Source of the DNA: Lama glama
Lineage: Eukaryota
Assembly (NCBI GenBank): GCA_028534125.1
Contig: CM052817.1
Span: forward strand, 42,534,001 to 42,598,000
Reading direction: 5' to 3'
Length of the DNA: 64,000 bases
Part shown: positions 12,520-25,850 of the stretch, piece by piece
How positions within the stretch are numbered: the stretch's first letter is position 1
Layout: each line of letters opens with the position of its first letter
Notes under the pieces: model-generated
The model's database searches: none
Told to the model about the DNA's origin: nothing
What the model saw: the letters and a program-made list of their open reading frames with translations, nothing else
Program-made: the position numbers and the translations under genes

Positions 12520-13560
12520 CTCTCATTCATTCATTCTAAAGAGATAATAACATTTATTGGGTGACCAGCTAAGTACAGGAAATTAAAGATATAAATGGCA
12601 AAATTCCTCAAAGGCCTTACAGCCAATTTAGTAGCAGAGACAAACCAATAAAGGAACAATTATAGTTATAAACACATGCATACAACATGCACACACAACA
12701 GAGCTGTGGCACTGTACAACTCCAGAGAGAAATGAGGAAAAGGAATGTCAAGAAAACTTCACAGGAATATTTGGGCAAAATAATAGAGAGTCAGTGTGAA
12801 TTTGCCTGCTTGACAATGAAAGTCAGAAGAGAATACCAAATAAAATGCATCACATAGAGTATAAACATGGACAGTGGGACCATTGAAAACCCAAGCCTAT
12901 AAAGATAAAATGAGGCTTGGTCATTAAGGCTCTTACTTGGCACATAAGTATTTGAATTTTAATGGTGAGAGTAGCCCAAGGAAGGATTTTAACATGTAAC
13001 ATGAGGAGATACATATTTTACAAACCCAGCTTTGACAAATGTGGTTATATTGGAGGAGAGGGAGAGTAGGGACAGAGACAGAGATAAAATGCAATATAAA
13101 AGAAATGGAGAGAAACAGGACTAAAATAGTGATTTAGGTGACAGAACAGACATTACTGAGAGACATTCAGACATGGAAATGGGTGAAAAAGAAAAGCTGA
13201 TCATGATTCTTAGATTTTTACTTTGGAGGTTTAGGTGGATGCAATGTCATTCAATAATATATGACATATGAAAAAGAACATATATATGGGAAAAAGAAGA
13301 ACAGATATATGGGAAAGAGTGAGGAGGAAAGTTCAGTGATGGCCATATAGGACACACTGGTAGAATTTTCTGTGGACATTTGCAAATATAGATATGAACA
13401 TCAAAAGAAAGGTAGAGATTTGAAGTCACTGAAAGAGGAGAATTTAAATGAAAAGGATTGGATACAATATCTCATGGAAAGCATTATTGAAAAGAGAAGC
13501 GAATTAAAGATAGATTCTTAGAAAATATCTCATTTAAGGTCAGACAAGAGACGAGAGGAT
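12520..13560 (-). mobile_element. L2 LINE (long, diverged)
   Basis: tcattcattcattc...catttattgggtg start; later aggaaggattttaa and aagttcagtgatggccat, all typical of antisense L2. Confidence 0.7.
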
Positions 13561-14499
13561 GCTACTTTCAATTCCAATCATTACAGCCAGCTTATTTGTG
13601 TCTCATTTTGTGCACATTTGCTATTTGTTTGAATTTTCCACTCTAGATTCAATTCAATTGACCAGTATATCAGGAAAAAAGCCTGAATTTGAAGACTATT
13701 TCAATAAGCTGCACTAAGTATTTCCAGATGAGTCTTGATATGAACATGTATTATAATGCATATTTTTTGCATTTGCATCAATAGTTTAGCTTTGAAAGAA
13801 AAAAATCAGAATATCTACATAGTAACTTTATGAAAATATCTTCGAAAAACCTCCCCAAACCATTTAAGAACTCTGTAATACAGTGCTAAACAACTCTTCA
13901 GCATGTCCAGACCCTACGTTATAAATTAGCGAGCGAAAATCTGGCAATCTGCTTAGAGTAGTATAAAGAACACATAAATCTGTCTATGAAAAAACAAGAC
14001 ATCTCTAGGTACATAGGTTTCAAGAAATATTTACCACTGGGTTAATAGTCTTCCATGTTTTTAATTTTCAGAGAAACTTAAAAAAGATTGGACATTTAGA
14101 AACAGCAGCCTTCCTATCTGAAGAGTATTGAGAACAACAGCAATAAAATACAGTATCCCATCTGTTAATTGAAAAAGAAAAATTTTACTGAAACCGTTCC
14201 TTCATAAATATGACACCAGTAAGTTTAACTTCAACTAAATTAACCTGTTGACCTAAGATAATGTAGTTTTCTCCTTGACAGGTTGCAACAGCTAGGTAAA
14301 AGTAATTACAGTCCCAGTTTTACTGTTTTACTCTTAACAGTAGTAAACATAAGAGAATCTTATGATTGGCTTCTGGCAAGACATTTTATAAGCCTTAGCA
14401 TTTGACGCTGTTTTCCAAGTATTTTTTTTCTGCCCAACAAAATAATTTATAAATTTGTTTTATAGATCTAGTTTTATATACCACATTCCCTCACTTGAT

Positions 14500-14830
14500 A
14501 CTAAAAACAACCTATAATATGGACAAAGCTGATATAATTATTTTATTTTTAGAGATGAGAAAACTGAGACAAAATAATGAGAAAGATAATAATTGTCAGA
14601 ACCAGTAACTTTTCAAAACTCAAGCACGTTGCAAGTACTGTACTATGAACATTTCTTTACTAAGTCGTCAAATCTTCACAGCCAACTATGAAATTAATAT
14701 TATTTTCAGTTTCCAGATGAAGAAACTGAACTTTAGGGAGGTTTGGGAACTATTCCAAGGTCATATAGCTAGTGAGTGTTAGAAATGAGACCCAACTAGA
14801 TGCATTTTTGCTAATTCCACATTCTTAACC
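14500..14830 (-). mobile_element. Two adjacent MIR fragments
   Basis: Two antisense cores: tttagagatgagaaaactgagac (~14550) and ttccagatgaagaaactgaac...ccaaggtcatatagctagtgagt (~14710-14780). Confidence 0.8.
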
Positions 14831-15373
14831 TTTGTTCTGCTTTCTGGATGTGAAATGTCTTTGAAGAGTCTTTGTTCAGGAAGAGTACTTCAGGAAAAAG
14901 TAGAGAATCTGGATCAAGCAGCACCTGTGAATCACTTCAAGCTACTATACAGGAGAACTGGGACTGAATCAGGTCATGACTCCAAGTTGCAGGACCCTGA
15001 ATCCAAATCTTAGCTGAATACTGTAAATCTTGACACAGTTGAGTTACGAAGATGATCGAGTTCACAGTCACTCATTAACTCCTTCAACTAGACAGAAGAG
15101 TAATTCCCAACTTTGTAATTTAAACTTTCACACCATTTTATGATTTTCTACACTGACACCTAGAGTAGTCAAATTTATTTAACACTTATGTGGATTTTAT
15201 GTGTAATTTAAAAACAGTTGGCAAAATCTCAGTTGAATACTAAGTGTAGAAGACTTATGACAATAATGATAATGTCTGTTGAGGGTTTCCTATTTTCCAG
15301 GCATCAAGCTACCTGATTTATAAACGTTACCTTATTTAAACTTAAACCTCTCCAAGTGTTACATTTTAAGTTT

Positions 15374-15441
15374 TATATATATGTGTGTGTGTGTGTGTAT
15401 GTATATATGTGTGTGTGTGTATATATATATATATATGTATA

Positions 15442-15486
<45 letters not shown>
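15374..15486. repeat. Compound (TA)n/(TG)n microsatellite
   Basis: 113 bp of alternating TA and TG blocks. Confidence 0.98.
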
Positions 15487-18400
15487 TTAAATTTCAAGAG
15501 GCATCAGATTTTCAAGGGAATGAATGTCCAGGAAATGAAATAGGGCTTTAAAGGTTGATAAAATGTCTAAGAGTTTCGGTGTTTTCCAATAGAGCTTAGT
15601 GGGACCAAACTGCTGCATGGTGAAACTGTATTCTTAACATCTCCAGACTGGAAAGGTGACTAGTGCTGTGACATGCTCAGCCAGGCCTTTCCTGGACAGG
15701 ATGCATTTTATCCTTGTGCTGGCTGTGCTCTTGAACCAGAACTACATTTTCAGTCCAGTGAACCTGTGAGACAGTGTGCTTTCAGGGAAGTCAGCTATAA
15801 AATTTGGAGAGTCTTGCATTTGAAAAGTATTACAAAACAGTGCCATTATGAAGAACAAAGAGAAAACATTAGAACTCAGTCCTAGCACAAGACACAGAGT
15901 ACTGGGAAGGTACAAAGTAACTGTCTATTTTTATTCAGTAGATTCACACATATGAAAGAATCAGTTTGCTCACCTAGTGGGTACATATGACAAGGGGTAA
16001 CAGTTTCTAAATTAAAATAATACTGTTCCTCTACTAAGTGTACATGAGCACAATATTTCATGGTTTTTTTCCCCCAAACAGTTAAATTAACTCATTGGAA
16101 ATGTAGCATACTAAATGACTCCTTCCAAGAAGTAACATGCAATCATTTCTTTTTCAGGCTTGATTAAACTCCCTCTGCCTGTACAAATTTTATATCTGTG
16201 CCCAAATATTATCTACCCATTTCTGATCATTGAACAGAGCACAGACTCTGCATAACTCATCTCCAGTATGAGGTAAACTCAAGGAATAGCAGTTTTCTTC
16301 TTGCACAGCTCCAAGGGGTACCACGCACACACATCCTGTCTGTGGTTGTGTTCCAAGGGATACTACATACATAGGCTACGTGAATGTGTCCACTTCCTGT
16401 CAAATTGCCCAGTAGGATCTTGCTCTCATCTGGTGATAGGAGAATAGTCTAATGGAAGCAGGCCTTTGTTGTAAGTGAAAGGCAGAATCACCTTATTGAA
16501 CAGAACATCTTGCACTGGTTAGCAAACACAGGGGAGGATGCCAACTACATGGAGGATAGCCAAGAACATCATTATTACATTGACTAGTAGGAATAAAAGT
16601 CTAAACACTTCTGCCCATTGCATCTTAGTATTGAATTTGCCCAGGAAAACATAACATAGTTTACTGGATGGATGGAACAGTGTTTTATTTCAAAGAGAAG
16701 AGACAGAAGAAGATCAGCTCCAATAGTGGGCATTGGTCCCCCATGGCCAGAGGATTTCTCCCCGTAGCAACTGGCCTCCTTAACCCCTCACATGCCACAG
16801 TGGATGGACCCCATCCCCTCCCCATGGAGGACAGGTTTAGTAGTAGGGTTGGTGCAGTGCCATATTAACACACACACTTAAGCAGTACAAAGGCGCACAC
16901 ACTGAGCTGGAAAACAGGGAAAGATATTCCCACAGTAGGCAATAAATCCAGCACAGACTGTGTGAACTCTCTATCTTTTAGTGAGGAAGTGTCCCAGGCC
17001 CAAGGTCCTTTTCTGTGTGATCTATTAGGGGGGTCCAAAGACCACATGCACCAGACTGCCTTTCCAACACAGCTCAACACTATCCCATCATCACGGCCTT
17101 CCCATCCCAAACGACCTCAGGAGTGAAAAGAAATCAGACTTCCTGAGGGAGCTTATCTTACCTCATCCTCGCTCCCACTACCTAATGTTCTAACCCAGGT
17201 CTTGTGCACTGATGTATGCTCTCTGTCTGGAGCCTAAGTGTTGAGTCAGGCTTGGTGTACAGGGCATTCCTATATGGAGTTGGACACTGGAGCAGAATCT
17301 CAAAGCAGAGTCCAGCAGACAAGCTGGTTTGAAAGGCAGAATCCAAGGATGGTGGTAAATTAAACACGATTAGGAGCATTTAGCTTCAGGGTCCCCAAGT
17401 ACTCCATCAGCACAGTGGAGATACGCTTAAAGGGTGAGGACAGGCGGTAGCCTCTGCTGCTACAGTCTCGCCGATCCTACTTCCATGGCCCTTTCCCCAG
17501 TCAGTGCGTGGACCAGCCCCTTCACTGCACGAGGAAGGTGTGAGGGAGACTGGGGCCTGGCAGTGCTTTGCTGAGGACTCAGACAAGTGACAGAAATAAA
17601 AACCAAATGTGAAGCTCTACTGCACTTGTTAGAGTTGACTACTGTGCACTACTCCAAGTCTGAAAGCATTACAAGCCAGGTAGCAGGATTATGAAAATTA
17701 TTTAGCTGGTTTATGAATCGACTGGACATTTATTTTCACTCATAGGTGGAAAATATGAGGAAAAACACCAAAAATGATTTTCCATCTTAAAGAAAATTTG
17801 AAATTGCAGTTTAATATCTGGAAGTAAAGATTGTGATTTTTTTTTAAACCATAGTTACCTTATAATGAAACTATGAAAGTAGCACTGCCTGACCTTTGGA
17901 TTCTGTGAGACAGTCCAATGTCTCTCTAATGAAGTCCCCTACTTCTGCTTAATTTTGTTTTAACTGGATTTGTCATTTGCAAGCAACTAAGAAATTGAGA
18001 TAATGACCTTTGCCTTGCAGGTTTCTAATAAAGTTTGGGTTCTTTTTTGGAAAGGGATTGGCACATGGTGGGCACTCCATAAATGGTGCTGGTTATTAGC
18101 GGGTAAATTGGTTATCTCAGATTCACCTGGTTTACTGTTTCATACTTCATCCTCAAATGAAAGGAGGGCAAAGACTATTCTTTAATGTTGGAACCACAGA
18201 AGGAATGACGGATCAGTGGGAGAGGAAGCAGACACTGACAGAGAAGCTAAATCAATGCTGGTGGTCAAAAGGTGCCGAGCATTATAGCTACACCCCTCTC
18301 ACGTCTCACTCAGGTCCCTCGCCATGTTAACTCCAGATGTAGCTCTATTAACTACACAGGGTGCCAAGCTGAGGGTTTACTTCTAAGACAAATACAGACT

Positions 18401-20769
18401 TCATAAAGGCTCCTTTGTAATTCATTAAAAAGCAAATGAAATTTCAAGCCAGTTTCTACGAAAAATATTAATTCTTTGTTAAAGGCCAGAGTGATTAGCA
18501 CTCCAATCATAAATAATCTGCTAATCAACATTTTGGGGGCAAGAAGACTATCCTATAATATTGCTAGGCCAGCCAGGTTGAGAATAACTTAAATTCTGAT
18601 TACATTTAATTTTCATCCATCGATTTAAACAATTGAAAGATTAAACTTTATTTTGCAATAGCATGAAGTTAAAAATCAGATATCTAAACACAAAAGGAAC
18701 TATATATTATACTTGACTATATACAATGTATAATTAGGCTGATCAGAGTAATATGATTTAAATATTTGTATTAAAATATAGTCCATTTAAATATACTCAC
18801 AAATTCATGTTTCAGGTGTCACCCTGAAAATTGTCTTCTTTCCTCTTTGGGAATAATGTATAAAATAAATAATATATTCACCAGGGAAAAATAGTGTCTG
18901 GTAAACTAAAGTACTGAAATAGACAAAAGCTTTTGTGATCTCTGTCACACATCTTCATTACAGTCATTTAGACATTCGTGGCTTAATTTGTTATAGCAAA
19001 AGCATCTTCCTGTTAAAAGGTTGAAGAAAAGATGTCGGTATGCTTTTTAAGTAATTGAAGGCTTTTTACCTTAAGTAGAATTGCATGTACTTGCATGCAT
19101 ACGATGACTATCCATAGTTCCTTAAAAAAATAATCTCCTCTCGTGATTTGAAAAAGAAGTAAGCAAAACGTCTGGCTTTTTGGAGGATTCACAAGCAAAG
19201 CACTAAAAACAACTCTCTACGGTTTACCTTTAATACAGTTTCTAATCAGTAGAGGGCTCCCTCGTCTGTACAAGACCCACATTACAAAGGCAGTCGGTAC
19301 AAGCAGCGAGTCACACACTGCACACGCATGCACACACACACACACTCTTACACATACCATCTAGATTAATAAAGCTGTCATTTTTCATTGTTTTCAAATC
19401 ACCTTTACTATCAGTTGATTTTAAAGCTTAGAGAAATGAACGCATAGGCAGCACCCACTGGCAATATGTTAGAACATTCTCTACCTAAAAATACTGATAG
19501 GTGTTTACAAGTTTCCTTCATTTCACTGTGACATTCCTCAGCTCTGAGGTGCACTTGGCTGCTTTTCTGAATTCACACATCTCTATGTTTGCTCATGTGC
19601 TTGTGCATTTTGCAGAAGTGTCACTACCCAAGCTTTGCAAAATAATTAACTAAATCTAAGTGATGCTGCTGAGGCTGTGTCTTTATTTGGCCCCCAAAAC
19701 TTGAGAGTTCAAAATCCAAAAAAACCAAACACCAATCCAACTAGCGATGTCGGCTTTTGATAGAAGTCACCGAGCCCAGCTGTATTTTTCTTCCACTGAA
19801 AAATAGATGAAGACATCCTAACTGGGTTGCATTTTATTTGGGAGGTTTTATTTTTTTCTCTTCTTGGCCTGTAGGCTAGCTGATTCACTGATCCATAATG
19901 AAAATGCCAAAACTATGAAAACCCCACTGGGGCAGAAATTTGTAACAGAAAGGGAATTTCTGGAAGGGCTGGAATAATCTCAGGCTGCACCCCCAGGCCA
20001 GTTTTTGTGATATAGTTAAAAACTGGCTGGGCTGACAATGGAATCAACTGTTTAAACATCTTGCTGATTGTTACAGTGGCCCAATAGATGCTTAAAAACA
20101 TTGGTTTTCATGGACTGCTGGTGGAAACCTCTTATAACCAGCTGATCCTAGGTTATGACTCATATATTTTCTCAGCAGCCAGATCCAGGAATTCATTTGG
20201 ATGCTCTGAAAAGAGAAGGCACAGAGCCCGTTTCTCCTTCCTTCTTGAACCAGCAGGGCTCTGGAACCTTTCCTGCTCCAAGTAGAATTGACTGTCTCTC
20301 GCTCCTTTGTGCTCCTACCGGGCTCTCTATTTACCTCTGTGATAATTTCACTTGCTTCTTTTGGTGTCATATATTTCCACTGGCCAATGTGGCATGGAGT
20401 TTAAAATGGGGCCATGTTGACAGTAATGTGCCGCCTCATGCCCTCTATTCCAACTACCCTTGCCAACGTCAAACCCTGGAAATGCCTCACCCCATCAGCT
20501 AAGTATTTCTGGTCATTTCCAGAAGATGTCTGTCTCACATATTCATGAAAGTAGTCAGCTCTCAGATGAGAACTAATGGACACTATCACCACATATCACC
20601 ACTGTCATGCCGCAGATCTGAACCTGGTTTGGTAACCCAGAGCTGCTGCCAATGAGGCTAATATTTTGATCTCCTTCTCTCCAAATCCTGTGTTGCTCTC
20701 TCAACTGATTACAAAACTGGAGTGGAAAGAAGAAACATGATTAATTATCATGATCTCCCCTCCCCAGCC

Positions 20770-20900
20770 TCAGTAGCTATGTAATATTAGCCTCATGGTG
20801 AAACTAAAGCTCAGAGAGGTTTAAGCAACATACAAAAATCATCAGTAAGTGGCAGTCCCAGAATTGAAATCCAGGTCTTTCTAACTGTAAATCCTGTGCT
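20770..20900 (-). mobile_element. MIR SINE
   Basis: gaaactaaagctcagagaggtttaagcaac...agtaagtggcagtcccagaattgaaatccaggtct. Confidence 0.8.
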
Positions 20901-22139
20901 TGTTTCACAGACCCTGTAACATTAGACAAGAAACATACCCTAGCAAGTTTTCACACCTAGATTAGCTTACTTCTGCTTATAAAACCTGAGGTAAAAACAT
21001 AATGGCTTCATAGACTGAGACGAGGCCAATCTCAATACAAAGTTCTAAACAAAGTCCAAACTCTTTGTTTGGCGTTCAAAGTCACTCACCCTTTATGACC
21101 ACTGCCCCCCACTGCAGATGCCTATATTCTGATGTGTATTTGCCCACTAAATAAGGCATGCCCAGCCTTTCCTGTGAGCCCCTGCTCGTGCCAGCCCTCT
21201 CACGTTCCCTTATTCTCACTCCTCCTCACTCATCTGATTCTCACTCACACTTCAGGACTTTGCTCCTAAAGAACTTCTCCATTTACTTTCAGCTTTCTTT
21301 GCTTTCCTCGAACAGTTATTGTTATAAACATCTTATTTTGCATTTATACATAGTCCCATACTCTTTGGGAATTTTGCAAACGCATATGCCATTTTCACAT
21401 GTCTGGATAGTCATTTCTTGAGATAAAGAACTGTCTTCACTATATACATGGATATTAAGTGACTTTATTCATATCAGATATAGGTAGCACAATCTCACAA
21501 CTTACAGATGGTTTTTACTGTATGGCAGGTAAATGATCCCTCCCCACCCCACAACTGCTCAAGCTCTAGAAATAACACATCTAGAAATAATGTAGATTCC
21601 ATATCATTTTCTAAACCATAAAAAATTAAAGGTGTTGTTTCTAAAAATTTGATCTTGGGGTGGAAAGAGAAGGATGAGAAGAAAATGGGTGATATATAAA
21701 TAGTTTTAGACTATTATATCTGAAGATAGCTTCAGAGAATGTTTTAAAGATAAAATTTCGATCTATGGTAAGACAAAGTTCTCGCCTTTTGATCACCAAG
21801 ATAGAGAACACTAAGATTGGGTTGTTTTCCACTAACAAAGAATACGTACATTTCCACTGACTTGTCAGGGAATATTACTATCAAACATGTATCTTTAATC
21901 ATAGATGAATATCAATCCATGAACATGAAGTCTTTAGAAAATGATAAATGTCAAAATATTTTGTAGGGTAGCGCATAATTGATTATATCAGCCAAAGTAG
22001 CAGCTAGATTTTAGGCTGTAAATATTTAAATTATCAGAAAATCTTTGCAGTATTTTAAAAACCCTTCTATAGCTTAGGGAAGCATTATACATTATACGGG
22101 CTGGAAATAAAATAGAGAAGAATGAGCATATCTGGCTCT

Positions 22140-22335
22140 AAGAGGGATGGTAAGTAACTTCATGTCATGTACCAAATCTGAAGGCTGGCAGTGGCTTCTA
22201 GGCTCTAGAGCTCTATGTTGAGGAGGGTTCTGGGGCTGGAGCCAGGCTCCGTCACGCTGTGATTGATTAGTAATGTCTGTCGTAAGTGTGGAACTGTAAA
22301 GGAAAGTACAAGTGCTATACGATGTTCTCCCTGAG
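22140..22335. mobile_element. MER102-like hAT-Charlie remnant
   Basis: gctctatgttgaggagggttctggggct...gctgtgattgattagtaatgtctg matches the recalled MER102 consensus. Confidence 0.7.
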
Positions 22336-22495
22336 CTACAGCCCTGTTGCTGAGATTTTGCCATTTTTGGTTCTTTTTTGGGGTCCAGGGTGAGTTCAGT
22401 TTTATGAATGTTGACCTCCTACTGCCAAATGGGAGCATGAGGTAAAGATGTGTGAAAACCTTAGTGTTTGGGGGTAAGCTCATTCTGTGACATAG

Positions 22496-22706
22496 CAGTA
22501 GTATACCGTAGGTAGTGTTGTGAAAGTAGACCAGATCTCCAATGGGGTGGAGCAGAGGATGGGGCAGAAAGCATGTTCTGGTCTCCATGGTGTAAATACT
22601 TCTACCATGGCTGATTTCAAGCTATCAATGTGAGGTCATTAAACTCAGAGTTGGCAAAGGATATGCACATTCCAAGCTAGCATGAGAGGGCTGCAGCATA
22701 CCACTA
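22496..22706. mobile_element. MER63-like hAT-Blackjack MITE
   Basis: ccatggtgtaaatacttctaccatggctgatttcaagctatcaatgtg...agagttgg; terminal gcagcataccact. Confidence 0.8.
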
Positions 22707-22978
22707 ATGGTAGATGGACTTCAGATTTGAGGGTGTTGAGCAAATGTTTGGCTGTAGAATGGAAGACAGGCACAAAGATTAAAAGAACAGCTAGAAGTCC
22801 AAAGGTAGATGAAAAGTCTACAGTTGGGAAATAGTATCAGCTACACATCAGAGCCCAGTCCAACATTTTGAAGTTGTAACAACATAAGAATCCGTTTCAA
22901 TGCCATCCTTCACAAAAGTACATTTTACCTTAACAACTAACCATGATGTTCACGTGCTCCAGGGCCATATGCTGAAAC

Positions 22979-23240
22979 AGCATCATATATCAGTAAAGTA
23001 AAGGCTTCTGGAGCCAGACTCCATGGACTTGAATTCTAGCTCTGCCATATATTAACTCTCTAGTCTTGAGAAACTTACTTAACCTCTTTGCGCTTCTGTT
23101 TCCTTCTCTGTTTTAACTGTTAATATCTCTGTTTTAACAGAGACAGTACCTAAGCCATGGGGTCATATTTAAGATTAAATGAGTTAGTAACTGTAAAGTG
23201 CACAGAACAATATCTGTATCTAGTGCATTGAGAGTACTAT
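22979..23240 (+). mobile_element. Near full-length MIR
   Basis: ggcttctggagccagact...ttgaattctagctctgcca...ttacttaacctct...agattaaatgagttagtaactgtaaagtgc. Confidence 0.9.
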
Positions 23241-25349
23241 TTAAGTGTCTGTAAAATAAAAGTACATAAAATGTAGATTTGAAACTATCAAAACATGATT
23301 GTCAGTATATAATTTGCCTTTGAACTCAGGACAGGGCAACAGGATAGGCATGATAAAATGCTCACTGGGGTAACTAATTTCATATTTATAAGCATAGTGT
23401 AACTCTATCTGCCCTTTCACATCACCCCAATAATTTGGGAAGATAACTAGGAACAACAATTTCAATACACATATGGCAGTTTTTAAAAGTTCTATTTTAC
23501 AGTTACTTAGAACTTTATAGCAAATTTAGTAACAAAATTTATTTTTTTTATTCCTACAAACTCCATTCTAAATTGTGAGTTGGAACTTCTTTTTTTATGT
23601 CAAATACGTATGTCAGAAGTTTATGGCTTTTAAATACAGAAAATATTATGAATATAATAAAGGGCACTTTTTCTCCAACTAGATATCTAAATCCTTCCAT
23701 ATTCCAAACATAAACTCGTAAAAATTAAAAAAAAAAAATCCTGGCAGTGGTCAAGCTCAGTATACCATCCTGGTCCTCTTCACTGCAGCACTACACTTCT
23801 AAACCTCTAAGTCAATGTAAATTCCACATTTAGTCAAGTTTTTAACTAAAGCAAGTTAAAATAGAGAGGGAACCTTTCCTGCCAGTTCTATTCAGCAGCA
23901 TGTTAATCAGATTGCAGTAATAAGTATGAAACAATGTATGCAATTAGCAGTGGTTAATTTGAAACTACTTCATGTCAGTTTCTTTCAGAGCAATACGTTA
24001 GTAGAGTAATTATTTATTACCCTGAGGACATGATCAATGATATCTCTCCATAATAACGTCTGCAAAAAGAAGAGCATTCTTATCTGCATAAAAAGAAGCT
24101 ATAGGTACTGATATTTTTCCAGCTAAATAAAACAGAAAACTGTTTCTAAGATATTTCCAAATATTTCATTAATAATAATAGGTAAGCAAACCATTTGTTA
24201 CTCTTCAATATTTTTATGGTAACATAATACTGAAGGGAAAAAGAAACAGCACTAGTGATTAAAATCCACAAAGCCTATCCTTATTGAGAAAGGGAAAAGT
24301 GACCCATTTCTAAATGTCATTATAGTCATTAATGTGTATGTGCTAGGCCCTTCCATACACAGAACACTTCACTAGTCCCTTAGCTGGAGCTTGGGGATGG
24401 AACTTATGGGAAGCCTTGAGTGATAACACATGGTCTACACAGCTGAGCCACGGTTGTCCAAAGGCAAGGAAGAGATGCCAGGTTAGCCAGGTGGCCGCAA
24501 TTAGATGGTGCATTTGAATAATTGGGAAGGTTGTATTAGAGGCTACCATCTTGGCTTTCTGAGCTCACTATATATTGGACAAGAAATCCTTTATGTCTTC
24601 ATATCCAATTAATTTACCTTATTGTATAAAATACCTATCATTCTGAGAAGGACCAGAAAAAACTCAACCTTTGGAAGTATGTAGTCTAGACAATGGAGGG
24701 GAGGGAAATATAGAATCAAGTAGGCTGGAAAGAATAATACCATAAGTTGGACCAAGCAGAATTGTTGAGAATGACAACATTCTGCTTGGTCCTACTGACC
24801 AACCCTGGGATGGGAGTGTCCTCTACATTACATAATTCCAGGAGGCTCCATTCATGTGGAAAATGGCACTCCCAAAATTTGGGCAGTTGGCAGCCTGCAC
24901 AGCTACCCATGGGGAACCCAACCTGAGATGACCATTTGGGGGAGAGGAACACTTTATATAGAACAGATACATACATTCACTATGACATCTGAGGGAGACA
25001 CCAATGTCAAAATAAAGCACAGCAGGACAGAAAAAGGGACATGGGCAAGTTTGGGAATTCAGGTGAAGCAAGGGTCAAAAAATATTCAGTTGACCTCAGG
25101 AGCTGGCTATCTAGGGGAGACCTCATAACTTCAATAGGGTCAAAGATAAAACTAAACTAATAAAATTACTAGTTATGCAGCTTATATGCAGAAAGTCAGC
25201 ACAGTATAATGTGTAGAAGGAAGAGCACAACTACTTTTCAAATGCATAAAGTGGAAATAATAATTTTTAATAAAATAGAGATATTTTACTTTTAAGGGTG
25301 TTGAAAGTTTTACATGAAAATTATGTGTATGGAGCGAACTTCTATATTA

Positions 25350-25850
25350 TAACTGCCCAGCACCTTTTCCTTCTTTGGGAATAGTATTTCCTTCTTATGA
25401 GAACTATTCTTCCGCTCCAGATTTTTTGGGTAATGGTATACTCCTATAAGACTCAGGCTACTTGACTATATTTTATCAATCTGAGTGTGGGAGCTTTACC
25501 TGCCCTGTAAGACCAGTTCAAGCTCTTTTGTGTAACATTTTGCATTCAAATAGGGAAAGATAGTAGCATCTGGTGTGGTACCCCTGAAATTAAGAGCTGT
25601 CAGCAGTCAGACCCCCACCACATGGAAGAAGTTGGTCTCGGGGAAGACAAAACAGAGCCTGCACACACAGAGGAGACAGAGGTCCTGACGGTATTCAGAT
25701 CTCTGCTTTGATTGTTCCTGAGACCAGAACCAGCTGAATCTTTGCCTTTCCTGCAGTATATTTAGTCAACTCTTCATTGTCATTATACACTCCAGTTTTT
25801 TTCCAGTGAATTCCCTTCTTGACCTAAGCTAATTTGAACTAGGTCTCCAA
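25350..25850 (+). mobile_element. Old MLT1 (K/L-like) solo LTR
   Basis: agagctgtcagcagtc...ccaccacatgg...gagacagaggtcctgac...aattcccttcttgacctaagctaatttgaact. Confidence 0.65.

Noticed and set aside
20153..20226. Strong minus-strand acceptor (ctctgtgccttctcttttcag) followed by HPNEFLDLAAEKIYES*
   Set aside because: The peptide is not recognised and no partner exon is visible; isolated acceptors are common by chance.
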